Source: Salinispira sp. (GTDB lineage Bacteria > Spirochaetota > Spirochaetia > DSM-27196 > Salinispiraceae). Taken from it: a stretch of 64,000 nucleotides of DNA. Made by a program: the position numbers and the translations under genes. The stretch spans positions 1,152,001 to 1,216,000 of the forward strand of contig OZ271918.1 in NCBI GenBank assembly GCA_965602015.1, in the 5' to 3' direction. Below, one piece after another: positions 19,501 to 29,320 of this stretch. How positions within the stretch are numbered: position 1 is the first letter of the stretch; each line of letters starts with the position of its first letter. A model generated the notes under the pieces. The model was not told the DNA's origin. It saw only the letters and a list, made by a program, of their open reading frames with translations, and ran no database searches.

Positions 19501-20838
19501 CTATCGGACCTTGCGGGCTTCGTAATAGTATCGCTTCTCCTCGGCATCTCCCATGCTGAAGGCTTTGCGAGGCAGGGCACCGTGATGAATCACATAGGAA
19601 AACAGATCCTCCCGTGCAATAACGTTAAAAAACACCGCAATTCTGTCCGAGTGGTCAGCAGCGAGGTTTTTGCTGTGTTCCCAGCCGTGAATGAAATCGA
19701 TGGTTGAGCCCTGATTCTCCAGCCTTTTTTGAGCGCGGTCAACGGTTGCCGGTGCCAGCTCGTTCCTTGAGCCTGCAAACGCGTACCACCGCTTGTTATT
19801 AAAAACGACTGCCCCGTCTTTATTGGATTGTAACCATTTTTTTGCGGCGGTTTCACCCTCCAAATGGGTCAGTCCGCCGGCTTCAGGGGCTTCACCAGCC
19901 AATGCATCGGCAAAGGATGTGAAGTCGGTAGTAAAAAGGACCCTGTGGATCGGTTCGAAGCGCAGGCCGGGACTGTATATGTTCACTATTTCCGCCAACG
20001 CGTATCTGGCGGGGTGATCCTGTATGTCCTCCATGGCTCCGCCGGAATCCACATGCTTCTTTTTTAGTGTTTCCCACACGGTTTTTGCGGTGGCCAGGCT
20101 GTGATTTCCGTCACCCATGGCGAATAATAGCGGGGTGGAGCTGCCGTAACGGGCGGAGGTTATTTCCGGGCTGGCAAGCTGTCCCAGCTTGCCGGCGATT
20201 GAATTAATCAGATCGGGGTCGTCAATCCAGTACCCTTTTATGCTGCCGCCGTCTTCCATCAGGTCAAAACTGTAGAGAGGCTCAAGTTCATCGGTCATCG
20301 ATGACAGGGGTTCGATAATCTGGTTTTCCCGGTCGTCGATGAGAATCATGACGTGGGGAAGTTCCAGCGGTGCTTCTTCCCGGACCCGTACCCGGGGAGG
20401 GATGCGTTCAACGATTGTGCCCTCAGTGGCCCGGATCAGGCTGGTGCTGCCCGGTCTGAAATCGTATTGCTCAAGATCGACGGCCAAAACCAATCCCTGC
20501 CGAAGACCCGAGGCCTCGGTGCGCCGTTCCACGTAGACCCAGCCGTATCCCCGGCTCTCCAGCACTCCCTGTTTTATATATTCGTCCATAGCCTGGTGTA
20601 TGGCTTTGATGCGTCGGGGAGCGTCTTCATCTTCGAGATACACCTCGGGAAACACCAGCTCCAGACTGCTGGGAGATGTACTGCAACGCTCTTCTACCCG
20701 CTTCCAGTATGATCTGTCGGAAGTGTGCTGATCACAGGCGATAACCGCCCAGTTGCCGGGATCGACAGCCTGAGACGGCAGAAGTATCTCCGGTACAGTG
20801 ATGCCAAGGGATTGCAGTAGACTGCTGTCAATCTTCAT
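19501..20838 (-). CDS. DUF1015 family protein
   Basis: WAVIACDQHTS, AVDLEQYDF, IRATEGTIVERIPPRVRVR, LELPHVMILIDD, AMGDGNHSLATAK, FEPIHR, LPRKAFSMG..EKRYY.E. Confidence 0.85.
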   Translation of the reverse strand: MKIDSSLLQSLGITVPEILLPSQAVDPGNWAVIACDQHTSDRSYWKRVEERCSTSPSSLELVFPEVYLEDEDAPRRIKAIHQAMDEYIKQGVLESRGYGWVYVERRTEASGLRQGLVLAVDLEQYDFRPGSTSLIRATEGTIVERIPPRVRVREEAPLELPHVMILIDDRENQIIEPLSSMTDELEPLYSFDLMEDGGSIKGYWIDDPDLINSIAGKLGQLASPEITSARYGSSTPLLFAMGDGNHSLATAKTVWETLKKKHVDSGGAMEDIQDHPARYALAEIVNIYSPGLRFEPIHRVLFTTDFTSFADALAGEAPEAGGLTHLEGETAAKKWLQSNKDGAVVFNNKRWYAFAGSRNELAPATVDRAQKRLENQGSTIDFIHGWEHSKNLAADHSDRIAVFFNVIAREDLFSYVIHHGALPRKAFSMGDAEEKRYYYEARKVR

Positions 20839-20939
20839 CGGGCCCCCCAATGTGCTGTAGATCGCTGACAGCATAGTAAGTATTGAATTATCATGCAATA
20901 AGCTTGTGTACCGGCCCGACGGGCCATATACTGCTGATT

Positions 20940-21878
20940 ATGCCTGCGCCCCTCCCGGATTTTGTACTTCACACTGGTCCTCTTGCGCCGTCCCCGGAAA
21001 TCTTTATTAAATCCCTGCGAGGCCTGCTCGCCGATACGGCCCGGCCCCTGTCGCTTGATTTTATATCGATGTATCCCTTTGAAAACCGCGATGACCGGCT
21101 GGCCTATGACGAGCACCTCTTTGCGGCGCTTTTTGAGAAGGCCGGACATATTCGGCCGGTGTTCGATCTTACGACGCCGTTCAGGCCGCCGGGCCGGGAG
21201 GATTGGGAGTCCGGGCTCGATGAGGGAAACGGGGAGGGACTTCCATTTTTAGTCCGAAGGATTTGGGACGCCCTGGAAGATATCCACGGAATCGCCGACC
21301 GTCGATTTCACGGAATTGACCTGCTGATTCGTACCGATGGATCAAGGGGAGATGAGCTGATTTCCAGGCTTGCACAGCTGGGGAGTTACCCCCGGGAGGC
21401 ATACCGCCTCATCGATTCATCTCGATTTCCGGCGCCGCCTTCCCGCTTCCGCCTGTTGCCATCGGCAATCTGGGAGGAGCAATTTGCGCTCTTTGGCTTA
21501 CAGCGCGGAGGGGCCGGGGGGACAATTCCCTTTGGAGATCCCATTGAACCTCAGCTCGACTACATAGATGAGTTGTGGACCGAGTATTGTCGAACGGCAT
21601 CCCGGCTGGGGTTCCGTGTTCAGCGCCGAAACATAAACCGCTTGCGGGGGCGCAGAAGGAGGGAAAACTGGCCGTTTATCCCAATCGGACAGCCTGCGGT
21701 GGATCTTGAAGCGAGCTACGAGCGATTGACCGCCGCCTGCGACGCAGTTTTACAGGGGCGAAGCGAAGAGCGCTGGTATGGGGAGTTCCGACTTACACTG
21801 GATGCCCATCACCGGACGATGAGGTCTGCCGCCGCTATGGGTGAATATCCCGTTCTTCCGGGGGATTCTCCTTCCTGA
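20940..21878 (+). CDS. Hypothetical protein
   Basis: Long ORF filling the gap; 3' end overlaps the convergent U32 gene by 44 nt. Confidence 0.55.
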   Translation: MPAPLPDFVLHTGPLAPSPEIFIKSLRGLLADTARPLSLDFISMYPFENRDDRLAYDEHLFAALFEKAGHIRPVFDLTTPFRPPGREDWESGLDEGNGEGLPFLVRRIWDALEDIHGIADRRFHGIDLLIRTDGSRGDELISRLAQLGSYPREAYRLIDSSRFPAPPSRFRLLPSAIWEEQFALFGLQRGGAGGTIPFGDPIEPQLDYIDELWTEYCRTASRLGFRVQRRNINRLRGRRRRENWPFIPIGQPAVDLEASYERLTAACDAVLQGRSEERWYGEFRLTLDAHHRTMRSAAAMGEYPVLPGDSPS

Positions 21879-23079
21879 TAATGTAGCCCTCTTGAACCGG
21901 CAGCTTGGTTTGAAGCTCGTAGTATTTGCCGTGATCGGCCTGGTTTACCGGACTGCCCGCTTTATCGAACAAGGCAAAATCTTCATCTCTGATGTATAGA
22001 ATATCCGGACCGATGTACTCCAACACGTCATCCGATCGAATCTGGTTCTTAACATTCACTATCCATCGGCCGTTCGGCATGCGCCGCTCCAGAGTGCCCA
22101 GGAAACGGTGGCTCCGCCGGTATGAGATTTCATTTGGCCGGGATATTTCTTCATTCCCGAAATAGAAGCCCGTGGTAAATTCCCGGTGACTTACCTTGTA
22201 GAGCTCCTGCCGGTAGGCATTGGTGACAGAGCGGTCTAGTTCTCCCCGCAAAACCCGGTCGATTTCCGCCCGGTACGCGCGGGTGACCATGGCCGCGTAA
22301 TACAGACTTTTCATCCGGCCCTCAATTTTAAGGCTGTCCACCCCGGCATCCTTCAGGGCATCGATGTGGTCAATCATGCAGATATCTTTGCTGGAGAGGA
22401 TGGTAGTGAATCCCGCGCCTTCGGTAACCGGGTAATACTCGCCGGGGCGTTTCTCTTCCTCCAGCACGGTCTTTCCCTCGGCGAGCATTCTGAAATTCCA
22501 CCGGCAGCTGTGGCTGCAGTCGCCCTTATTGGCTGACCGGTCGGCCATCCAGCTGCTGAGAAAGCAGCGGCCGGAATACGCCAGGCACATGGCCCCGTGC
22601 ACGAATGTTTCGATTTCCAGCCCGGGAAGGCGCTGTTTGATTTCTCCGATTTCTTCTATGCTCAGCTCTCTTCCGGGAATAATACGGCTGAAGCCCATAT
22701 CGGCGTACATGGCGGCGGCTTCGGCGTTGACGCAATTGGCCTGGGTCGATAGATGGAACTCCATATCCCCAAAACGCCGGCGGAGGACCGGCAGGGCGCC
22801 GATGTCTGAAATAATAAGGGCGTCAAAGGGATACCGGGAGAGATAATCCAGGTTTTCCTCAAGCTGCCGCAGGTCCCGGTTGTGGAAATAGATGTTTAAT
22901 GCGCCGTAGAGTTTCCTGCCGCCCTTGATTCGGGAGATTTCCTTCCAGTCCTCGTCGCGAAAGTTCTCGGCCTTTGCCCTGAGGCTGAACTGGCCGATTC
23001 CGATGTAGGCCGCATCGGCACCATAGCGGTACACCGTTTGTAATTTTTCAAGATTGCCGGCGGGGGCCAGAAGTTCCAT
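21835..23079 (-). CDS. Peptidase U32 family (TrhP-like tRNA hydroxylation protein)
   Basis: MELLAPAG, GADAAY, HLSTQAN, RELS, HGAMCLAYSGRCFLS, ANKGDCSHSCR (Fe-S cysteines), SLKIEGRMKS. Confidence 0.9.
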   Translation of the reverse strand: MELLAPAGNLEKLQTVYRYGADAAYIGIGQFSLRAKAENFRDEDWKEISRIKGGRKLYGALNIYFHNRDLRQLEENLDYLSRYPFDALIISDIGALPVLRRRFGDMEFHLSTQANCVNAEAAAMYADMGFSRIIPGRELSIEEIGEIKQRLPGLEIETFVHGAMCLAYSGRCFLSSWMADRSANKGDCSHSCRWNFRMLAEGKTVLEEEKRPGEYYPVTEGAGFTTILSSKDICMIDHIDALKDAGVDSLKIEGRMKSLYYAAMVTRAYRAEIDRVLRGELDRSVTNAYRQELYKVSHREFTTGFYFGNEEISRPNEISYRRSHRFLGTLERRMPNGRWIVNVKNQIRSDDVLEYIGPDILYIRDEDFALFDKAGSPVNQADHGKYYELQTKLPVQEGYIIRKENPPEERDIHP

Positions 23080-23089
23080 ACCGGTACCG

Positions 23090-24103
23090 TTAATCCCTGC
23101 GGAGGGAGGTGAAGTCCCCCGCGGCCTCATGCATAAACAGCATAAGGTACTGCTGAAGGTCGAGAAAAAACTCCTGCTGAAGGTATATGAGGTCGGGACC
23201 CACATAGCGGTAATGCCAGGGTTCAAAGATGTACCCCGTCAGCTCCTCGTACCCGTCGGGGTAGGAGAGGCTGAAACCGAAGCGGTGTGCGTTCTCATTC
23301 AGCCAGATCCCCGCGGGATGCTCGGCAAAGGCTGCGGTAACCGACCCGAAATCCACCGTGGTTCCCAACTGGTGCTGGCTGGTACCCGCCCGGGCGCTGA
23401 CCCGTTCTGCCTGCTCGAGTCCAAGCTGATCGACCCAGCGCTGGAACAGCCCCTCCTGGTACTCGTAGCTCCGGTAGGTGCTCGACAGGTCGAGTACGAT
23501 GCCGTCCTGCAGCGCCGCCTCGTTCATAGCCAGGAGCCAGGGCATAATCACGGCGCGCAAACTCAAATCATTGCGGTTCTGCACAAGCTGGTCAGCATAT
23601 CCGCTTAGGGAAACCAGGTCCTCCGGTTCATAATTTTCCGGGAGGAAGGTCTGTTTATCCGCCAGGGCGTAGAACATCGGGTCCCCGTCGAGAACCATGG
23701 CCATCCGGTCCAGGAAGGTTTCCCGGCGTAAAGAGATGGCTGATATAATCTCGGACGCAGCGGGTTCGGGGATAGCATCGCCTATGCGGAGAAAAACATC
23801 CTGCAGAATGCTGTCAAGACCGTCGGCGTCCAGGTCAAACTTCGGGTGCGCCGGCTCAAATGCCTCGGGTTCAACGCCGGTGCCCTCCTGGGAGATTGGG
23901 CTGTCCTCCGGGCTGATAGCGCCGTTTGCGCCGAAACCGAGGCTGTCGGAAAATCGGGCGCCGGCGGTAAAACCGACCAGCAAGGCGCCTAACACAAGCA
24001 GCAGCCCGGTTGTTATCCGAACCAGGCGCTGCATAAAGCTGTTATTCCGCATGCTGCGGGATTTCCCTGTTCGGGAATTTCCGTCTCGTGATTGTGGACT
24101 CAT
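23090..24103 (-). CDS. D-alanyl-D-alanine carboxypeptidase (M15B, VanY-like)
   Basis: SSTYRSYEYQ, SARAGTSQHQLGTTVDF, FEPWHYRYVG; N-terminal TM. Confidence 0.9.
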   Translation of the reverse strand: MSPQSRDGNSRTGKSRSMRNNSFMQRLVRITTGLLLVLGALLVGFTAGARFSDSLGFGANGAISPEDSPISQEGTGVEPEAFEPAHPKFDLDADGLDSILQDVFLRIGDAIPEPAASEIISAISLRRETFLDRMAMVLDGDPMFYALADKQTFLPENYEPEDLVSLSGYADQLVQNRNDLSLRAVIMPWLLAMNEAALQDGIVLDLSSTYRSYEYQEGLFQRWVDQLGLEQAERVSARAGTSQHQLGTTVDFGSVTAAFAEHPAGIWLNENAHRFGFSLSYPDGYEELTGYIFEPWHYRYVGPDLIYLQQEFFLDLQQYLMLFMHEAAGDFTSLRRD

Positions 24104-24117
24104 CTCAGGCCACTGTA

Positions 24118-26460
24118 TCAGCCGGGGAAGAGAATCTCAATCACCTCGTCCATGTGCTCCACCGGATGGAAGCTAATGCCTTTTTTTACGTTTTCCGGTA
24201 TTTCGTCCAGGTCCCGCTCGTTTGCCTTTGGGATGATTATTTCCTTGACCCGTGATCTCTTGGCGGCAATGGTTTTTTCCTTGAGCCCGCCGATGGGCAA
24301 TACCGATCCGCTCAACGACAGCTCTCCGGTCATCGCGAGACTTTTCCGTATTTTTCGGTTATTCGCCATTGAAAGCAGGGCGGATGCCATAGTTATGCCC
24401 GCCGAGGGACCGTCCTTGGGAGTGGCTCCGGCGGGAATGTGAATATGAATCGTATGCTTCTCAAAATACGAGTCCTCGGTACCCGTCGATTGAAGGTGGT
24501 GTTTGACCCAGGTATAGGCGATGTTCGCCGACTCCTGCATGACCTTGCCCATTTGTCCGGTGAGTTTGAAGGCTTCCCGTCCCTGGGTGGCCACGGTCTC
24601 GATTATCAGCGTGTCTCCGCCGAAATTCGTCCATGCAAGCCCGGTTACCATTCCGGGCCTGAGAATCTTGCGCTCCTCCCCGCGAAAATACGGCTGACCG
24701 AGAAACTCCGACAGCTTGTTTTCGTCAACCAGAACCGGCGCTGTCATGGTCTCGGTAACCAGGCCGGTAACCACCTTGCGGTTGATCTTGTTTATCGCCT
24801 TTTCGTAATTGCGCATCCCGGCCTCCCGGGCATAGCCCTCGGCAATGAGCTGAAGGGCTTTTTGCTTGTAGGTAATCTCTTTTTTGCTCAGACCGTTTTT
24901 TTCCAGACTTTTCGGGATGATGTATTTTTTGGCTATGGCGATCTTCTCCTGAGCGATATAGCCGCTGAGCCTGATGACCTCCATCCTGTCCAGAAGGGGG
25001 CGGGGAATGGTATCCATGGTATTGGCCGTCACGATGAACAGGACCCGGCTGACGTCAAAGGGCAGGTCGAGGTAGTGATCGCGGAAGCTCGAGTTCTGTT
25101 CGGGATCCAGGACTTCCAGAAGGGCGGAACTCGGGTCGCCCTGGTAACTCGATCCGAGCTTGTCGATTTCATCGATCATAAAAACCGGGTCCTTGCTTTT
25201 GACGATTTTTAAGCCCTGAATGATCTTCCCGGGCATGGCTCCCACATAGGTGCGCCGGTGGCCTTTAATTTCCGCCTCGTCACGCATGCCTCCAACGGAA
25301 AAACGGAAAAAATCCTTGTCGAGCGCACGGGCGATGGATTTCCCGATGCTGGTTTTACCCACTCCCGGCGGTCCCACGAGAAGAATAATCGAACCGTTGA
25401 AGTCCCGCTTCTTTTTCCGGACCGCCAGAAATTCAAGAATGCGCTCCTTAACATCTTCAAGGCCGTAGTGATCCGCATCGAGAATCTTCTTCGCCTTGGC
25501 AATATCGAGGTCACGGGCTTCGGGATCGTTCCAGGGCAGGCTGGTGATGGTGTCCAGATAGTTTCTGGTTACGTGATAATCCGAGCTGTTGGGATCCATG
25601 AGGCTGAACTTGTGTACTTCGTTATCCACCTGTTCTTTGACATCAGGCGGCAAATCGAGGGTGTCCAGGGCTTCCTGGATGCGCCGGAGTTCGTCGCTTT
25701 TCCCGTCGACGGCGATTCCCAGCTCCTCCTTGATGGCACGCAATTGCTCCTTGAGAAAGTACTCCCGCTGGCTCTTTTCTATTTTTTCGTTGATTTGCGA
25801 TTGAATCTTCTTCTGTATTTTCAACAGTTCTTTCTCATTTTTGAGAAAGACCAGCACCTTTTCCATCCGCTTTTGAATAGCAATCGTTTCCAGAACATCC
25901 TGCTGTTTATCCCGTTCGATATTTAATATCGACGTGATGAAGTCCGCAATTTTTCCGGGATGGTCGATGTTTACCATGTTGAGGCGCATTTCCTCGGAGA
26001 AGAGCGGGTTGCCCTCGGAGATTTGCTTTATCTCACTCAGGAGGCTGCGGGCCATGGCCTTTATCTCCAGACTGTCTTCATACCGGTCTTCGAGATATTC
26101 CACTGCGGCTATCATTGCGCCGTCTTCCTGAATGCTCTTTTTAATCCGGAAGCGCTTAATGGTTGAAATAAAGACGTTGAGGCCGCCGTCGGGAAGATTT
26201 ATTTTTTTTACGATTTTCGCCGCGCAACCAACGGTAAAAAGGTCATCAAAACCCGGATCATCCTGATCTTCGCTCCGGGTCAGCACCAGGCCGATGTGCC
26301 CGTCGCTTTCCATGGCCTGCTCGACGGCGGTCCTGTCGGTATCGCCGCTGATCATTATGGGGGTAAAAATGCCCGGAAATATTGGTTTTCCGTTGAGGGC
26401 GATGATGCGCAGTTTCTGGGGCAGGGCCAACTCCAGCGGAGCGATTTCGAATTTAGACAT
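24118..26460 (-). CDS. lon: ATP-dependent protease La
   Basis: GPPGVGKTS, DEAEIKGHRRTYVGAMPG, DEIDK, PKDGPSAG catalytic Ser, PIGGLKEK. Confidence 0.97.
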   Translation of the reverse strand: MSKFEIAPLELALPQKLRIIALNGKPIFPGIFTPIMISGDTDRTAVEQAMESDGHIGLVLTRSEDQDDPGFDDLFTVGCAAKIVKKINLPDGGLNVFISTIKRFRIKKSIQEDGAMIAAVEYLEDRYEDSLEIKAMARSLLSEIKQISEGNPLFSEEMRLNMVNIDHPGKIADFITSILNIERDKQQDVLETIAIQKRMEKVLVFLKNEKELLKIQKKIQSQINEKIEKSQREYFLKEQLRAIKEELGIAVDGKSDELRRIQEALDTLDLPPDVKEQVDNEVHKFSLMDPNSSDYHVTRNYLDTITSLPWNDPEARDLDIAKAKKILDADHYGLEDVKERILEFLAVRKKKRDFNGSIILLVGPPGVGKTSIGKSIARALDKDFFRFSVGGMRDEAEIKGHRRTYVGAMPGKIIQGLKIVKSKDPVFMIDEIDKLGSSYQGDPSSALLEVLDPEQNSSFRDHYLDLPFDVSRVLFIVTANTMDTIPRPLLDRMEVIRLSGYIAQEKIAIAKKYIIPKSLEKNGLSKKEITYKQKALQLIAEGYAREAGMRNYEKAINKINRKVVTGLVTETMTAPVLVDENKLSEFLGQPYFRGEERKILRPGMVTGLAWTNFGGDTLIIETVATQGREAFKLTGQMGKVMQESANIAYTWVKHHLQSTGTEDSYFEKHTIHIHIPAGATPKDGPSAGITMASALLSMANNRKIRKSLAMTGELSLSGSVLPIGGLKEKTIAAKRSRVKEIIIPKANERDLDEIPENVKKGISFHPVEHMDEVIEILFPG

Positions 26461-26569
26461 ACGTTAGTCTCCCTTTACTAGTTTTCGACGATCTAATCGT
26501 ATATTGGTATTGTAGTGGATGGCGGTATACATCGGGCAGACAGCGTCGGCAGAACTGCCCGATATGTGG

Positions 26570-26598
26570 AAAATATGAACAGTTGCATAAATCGTCAA
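26570..26598 (-). promoter_or_regulatory. Putative sigma70 promoter of lon
   Basis: Minus strand TTGACG-N17-TATTTT about 110 nt upstream of the lon ATG. Confidence 0.5.
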
Positions 26599-26616
26599 GG
26601 CCAATCATGATGAGCC

Positions 26617-27372
26617 ATGTCCCAGAGGAATTTCATTAGTCCTGGAATCATTCTCCGAAGCCGTCCTTCGGGAGAAAAGAACCGCCGCCTAGAAATCCTC
26701 ACACCGCAGCGCGGCATCGTAACCGCGACCGCATACGGCGCCGCGTCTCAAAAAAGCACCCTGCGATCGGCGGTTCAAAGTTTCCACGCCGGCGAAATGT
26801 TTTTTTATACGGATCCCGTGAAGGGCTACACAAAACTCCGCGATATTGACCTGCAGTTCGATTTTCCGGGCATCAGGATGGACAGCAAGCGGCTGTACGG
26901 TGCGAGCCTTATGGCGGAGATACTCCTTGTTTCTTCAGCCTCCGGCGGCGAGGACCCCCAGACCTACCGGCTTACCTTTGAATTCCTCGAAGCCATGGAC
27001 AATTGTCCGGCTCCGTCCGTTGCGAGACTCTGCGTTCTAGGTATGTGGAGATACCTGGAGATTATGGGCCTGGCCCCGGATCTCGAATACGACGCGGACA
27101 GCGGCCGTCCTCTTCCCTCAGGGGCTCCTGTGTTTTACCGATTCGACGAGGGGGGATTCTCGGGAAGGCAGGCCGGAGTCGACCAGGCCTTTTTGAAAGC
27201 CGGCGAGATGGCCTTTCTGAAAAATCAGGGACGAAGACGTCTGGTTGAGAACCTGGGCGTCAGCATGTCAGATCAGGGCTCGGACCTTCGCCTTTTTTCA
27301 TTTATGAGCAGATTATACCAGTACCAGCTTCAGCGAAGACTCTACAGCCTGGATGCCGGGGTGCTTCCCTAG
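26617..27372 (+). CDS. recO: DNA repair protein RecO
   Basis: GIILRSRPSGEKNR.L.ILT...G...A.AYGA...KS OB-fold pattern, 251 aa. Confidence 0.82.
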   Translation: MSQRNFISPGIILRSRPSGEKNRRLEILTPQRGIVTATAYGAASQKSTLRSAVQSFHAGEMFFYTDPVKGYTKLRDIDLQFDFPGIRMDSKRLYGASLMAEILLVSSASGGEDPQTYRLTFEFLEAMDNCPAPSVARLCVLGMWRYLEIMGLAPDLEYDADSGRPLPSGAPVFYRFDEGGFSGRQAGVDQAFLKAGEMAFLKNQGRRRLVENLGVSMSDQGSDLRLFSFMSRLYQYQLQRRLYSLDAGVLP

Positions 27373-27866
27373 GCTGATGCGCCGAATCCCCGTTCCCGCA
27401 GGGCTGAGATGCTCTGCTTCGCGGAAATGTGATGGATGAACAAGCCGCCCATTTCTTCCCAGGCTACTTTGAGCTTTTCCCGGTCGTCCACCAGAACCGG
27501 AATCAGGTCCCCGCTTCGCTCCCGGGCTTTTTCGGCCTTCTGACGCGACATGCAGGTTATCACTTCCACATCCGCACCGAGCTCCCGGCTGCACCAGATT
27601 CGTTTTTGAGGTTCCGCCCATTTTCCCATGGGAAGTCCGGTGAGGATTATCGGTGTAAATTCCCTGGCAAAATCCCATAATTCCCGGCCGTCTTCCATCC
27701 ATTCCAGATCGGCGTAAAAATCCGGAGTTCGGGCCAGGCGGGGCCACATGGACCGGGGCTCGAGATCAGACGGCGGCCGGCCGGTAATCCGTTCGACCCC
27801 CCGGTCAAAATCCACCAGAACCCCGTCGAGATCGAGAAACAGTTGATATCCTGTGCTCACATTCAT
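27369..27866 (-). CDS. HAD-superfamily 5'(3')-nucleotidase-like protein
   Basis: LFLDLDGVLVDF (DxD motif I), ILTG, VLVDDR...WEEMGG.FI.H. Confidence 0.75.
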   Translation of the reverse strand: MNVSTGYQLFLDLDGVLVDFDRGVERITGRPPSDLEPRSMWPRLARTPDFYADLEWMEDGRELWDFAREFTPIILTGLPMGKWAEPQKRIWCSRELGADVEVITCMSRQKAEKARERSGDLIPVLVDDREKLKVAWEEMGGLFIHHISAKQSISALRERGFGASA

Positions 27867-27935
27867 TCGGTCATCCTAACACAACCCCCGGTCCATGTGA
27901 TAGAATAGCCACACTATTTCACTGGCGAGGTATGC

Positions 27936-29297
27936 ATGAGAGCCTTAGACATTATCATGAAAAAACGGGACGGCGGAGAGCTCAGCGAGGAGGAGATCCG
28001 GTTTCTTATCCGGGGATATGTAGATGCCTCCATTCCCGAGTATCAAATTTCCTCCTTTCTCATGGCGGTGTTTTTTCGGGGTATGAGCGCCCGGGAGACT
28101 TCTGTACTCACCACAGAGATGATACGCTCGGGCACCGTAATGGATCTCAGTTCCTTAGCGGCCTTTGATTCGGGGAGTCTTGTCGATAAGCATTCCACCG
28201 GAGGGGTGGGTGACAAGGTCAGTCTCATTCTGGCGCCCATGGCCGCCGCAGCAGGCGCTCAGATACCCATGATGTCCGGCCGGGGACTGGGGCATACCGG
28301 CGGTACCCTGGATAAGCTGGAAAGCATTCCGGGCTACAGCACGGCCCTCAGACAGGATGAATTTATTGACATAATTTCCCGCTGCGGATTCGCCATGACC
28401 GGTCAAAGCGCAGACATTGTCCCGGCGGATAAAAAGCTCTATGCACTGCGGGATGTCACCGCAACCGTGGAGTCTGTACCCCTCATCACCGCCAGCATTC
28501 TCAGCAAGAAATTCGCCGAAGGCGCTCAGCATCTGGTTTTCGATGTCAAATACGGCTCCGGAGCCTTTATGAAGACTCCAGAGGAAGCCCAGGAGCTTGC
28601 CAGGTCCTTGGTGCGAACCGGTCAGGAGCTCGATCGGGGAGTTACCGCCGTCATTACGAATATGGATGTCCCTTTGGGCTATATGGTCGGCAATTTCCTT
28701 GAAGTGGAGGAGTGCATCGCCTGCCTCGATTGCCGAGGCTGGGAAGCGGATTTTGATTCCCGCGGGCTTTTGATCAGCGGCCGGTCCGCCGATCTCATGG
28801 AAGTCACCATAACCCTCTCGGCCTGGATGCTGGTCGTCAGCGGAATCGCCAAAGACTTCAGCCATGCAGTCGAGAAATCCCTGGAAGTTCTACGCGACCG
28901 CACAGCCCTTTCCCGGTTCTGGCAGAATGTTGAGCTGCAGGGCGGAAGCCAAAAAAAAGCCGAAGCGCTGGTAGGGCAGCGTAAATCCGTCACCTCGCAT
29001 AGCATTGCAGCCGAAGATTCGGGCTATCTGGCGAAAATGGACGCATTCAAGGTAGGTACCGCCTCGGTTCTGCTTGGGGCGGGCAGGAATGTGGCCAGCG
29101 ATGATGTGCTTCCCGATGTGGGTATCGAGATTCATAAAAAACCCGGTGACGAGGTCCGGTCGGGAGATCCCCTTCTTACCCTCTTTGCCCGGGATAAAAA
29201 AAGTCTCGATAATGCCCGGGAATACCTGGCCGACGCACTGGCGGTCAAACGTGAAGCACCGGAAAAAGTCGGGATCATCCATAGCGTAATCGAGTAG
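27936..29297 (+). CDS. pdp: Pyrimidine-nucleoside (thymidine) phosphorylase
   Basis: DKHSTGGVGDK, MSGRGLGHTGGTLDKLESIPG, ADKKLYALRDVTATV, SILSKK, DVKYGSGAFMK. Confidence 0.93.
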   Translation: MRALDIIMKKRDGGELSEEEIRFLIRGYVDASIPEYQISSFLMAVFFRGMSARETSVLTTEMIRSGTVMDLSSLAAFDSGSLVDKHSTGGVGDKVSLILAPMAAAAGAQIPMMSGRGLGHTGGTLDKLESIPGYSTALRQDEFIDIISRCGFAMTGQSADIVPADKKLYALRDVTATVESVPLITASILSKKFAEGAQHLVFDVKYGSGAFMKTPEEAQELARSLVRTGQELDRGVTAVITNMDVPLGYMVGNFLEVEECIACLDCRGWEADFDSRGLLISGRSADLMEVTITLSAWMLVVSGIAKDFSHAVEKSLEVLRDRTALSRFWQNVELQGGSQKKAEALVGQRKSVTSHSIAAEDSGYLAKMDAFKVGTASVLLGAGRNVASDDVLPDVGIEIHKKPGDEVRSGDPLLTLFARDKKSLDNAREYLADALAVKREAPEKVGIIHSVIE

Positions 29298-29320
29298 ACG
29301 GCTAGGCAACAGGAAAAAAT

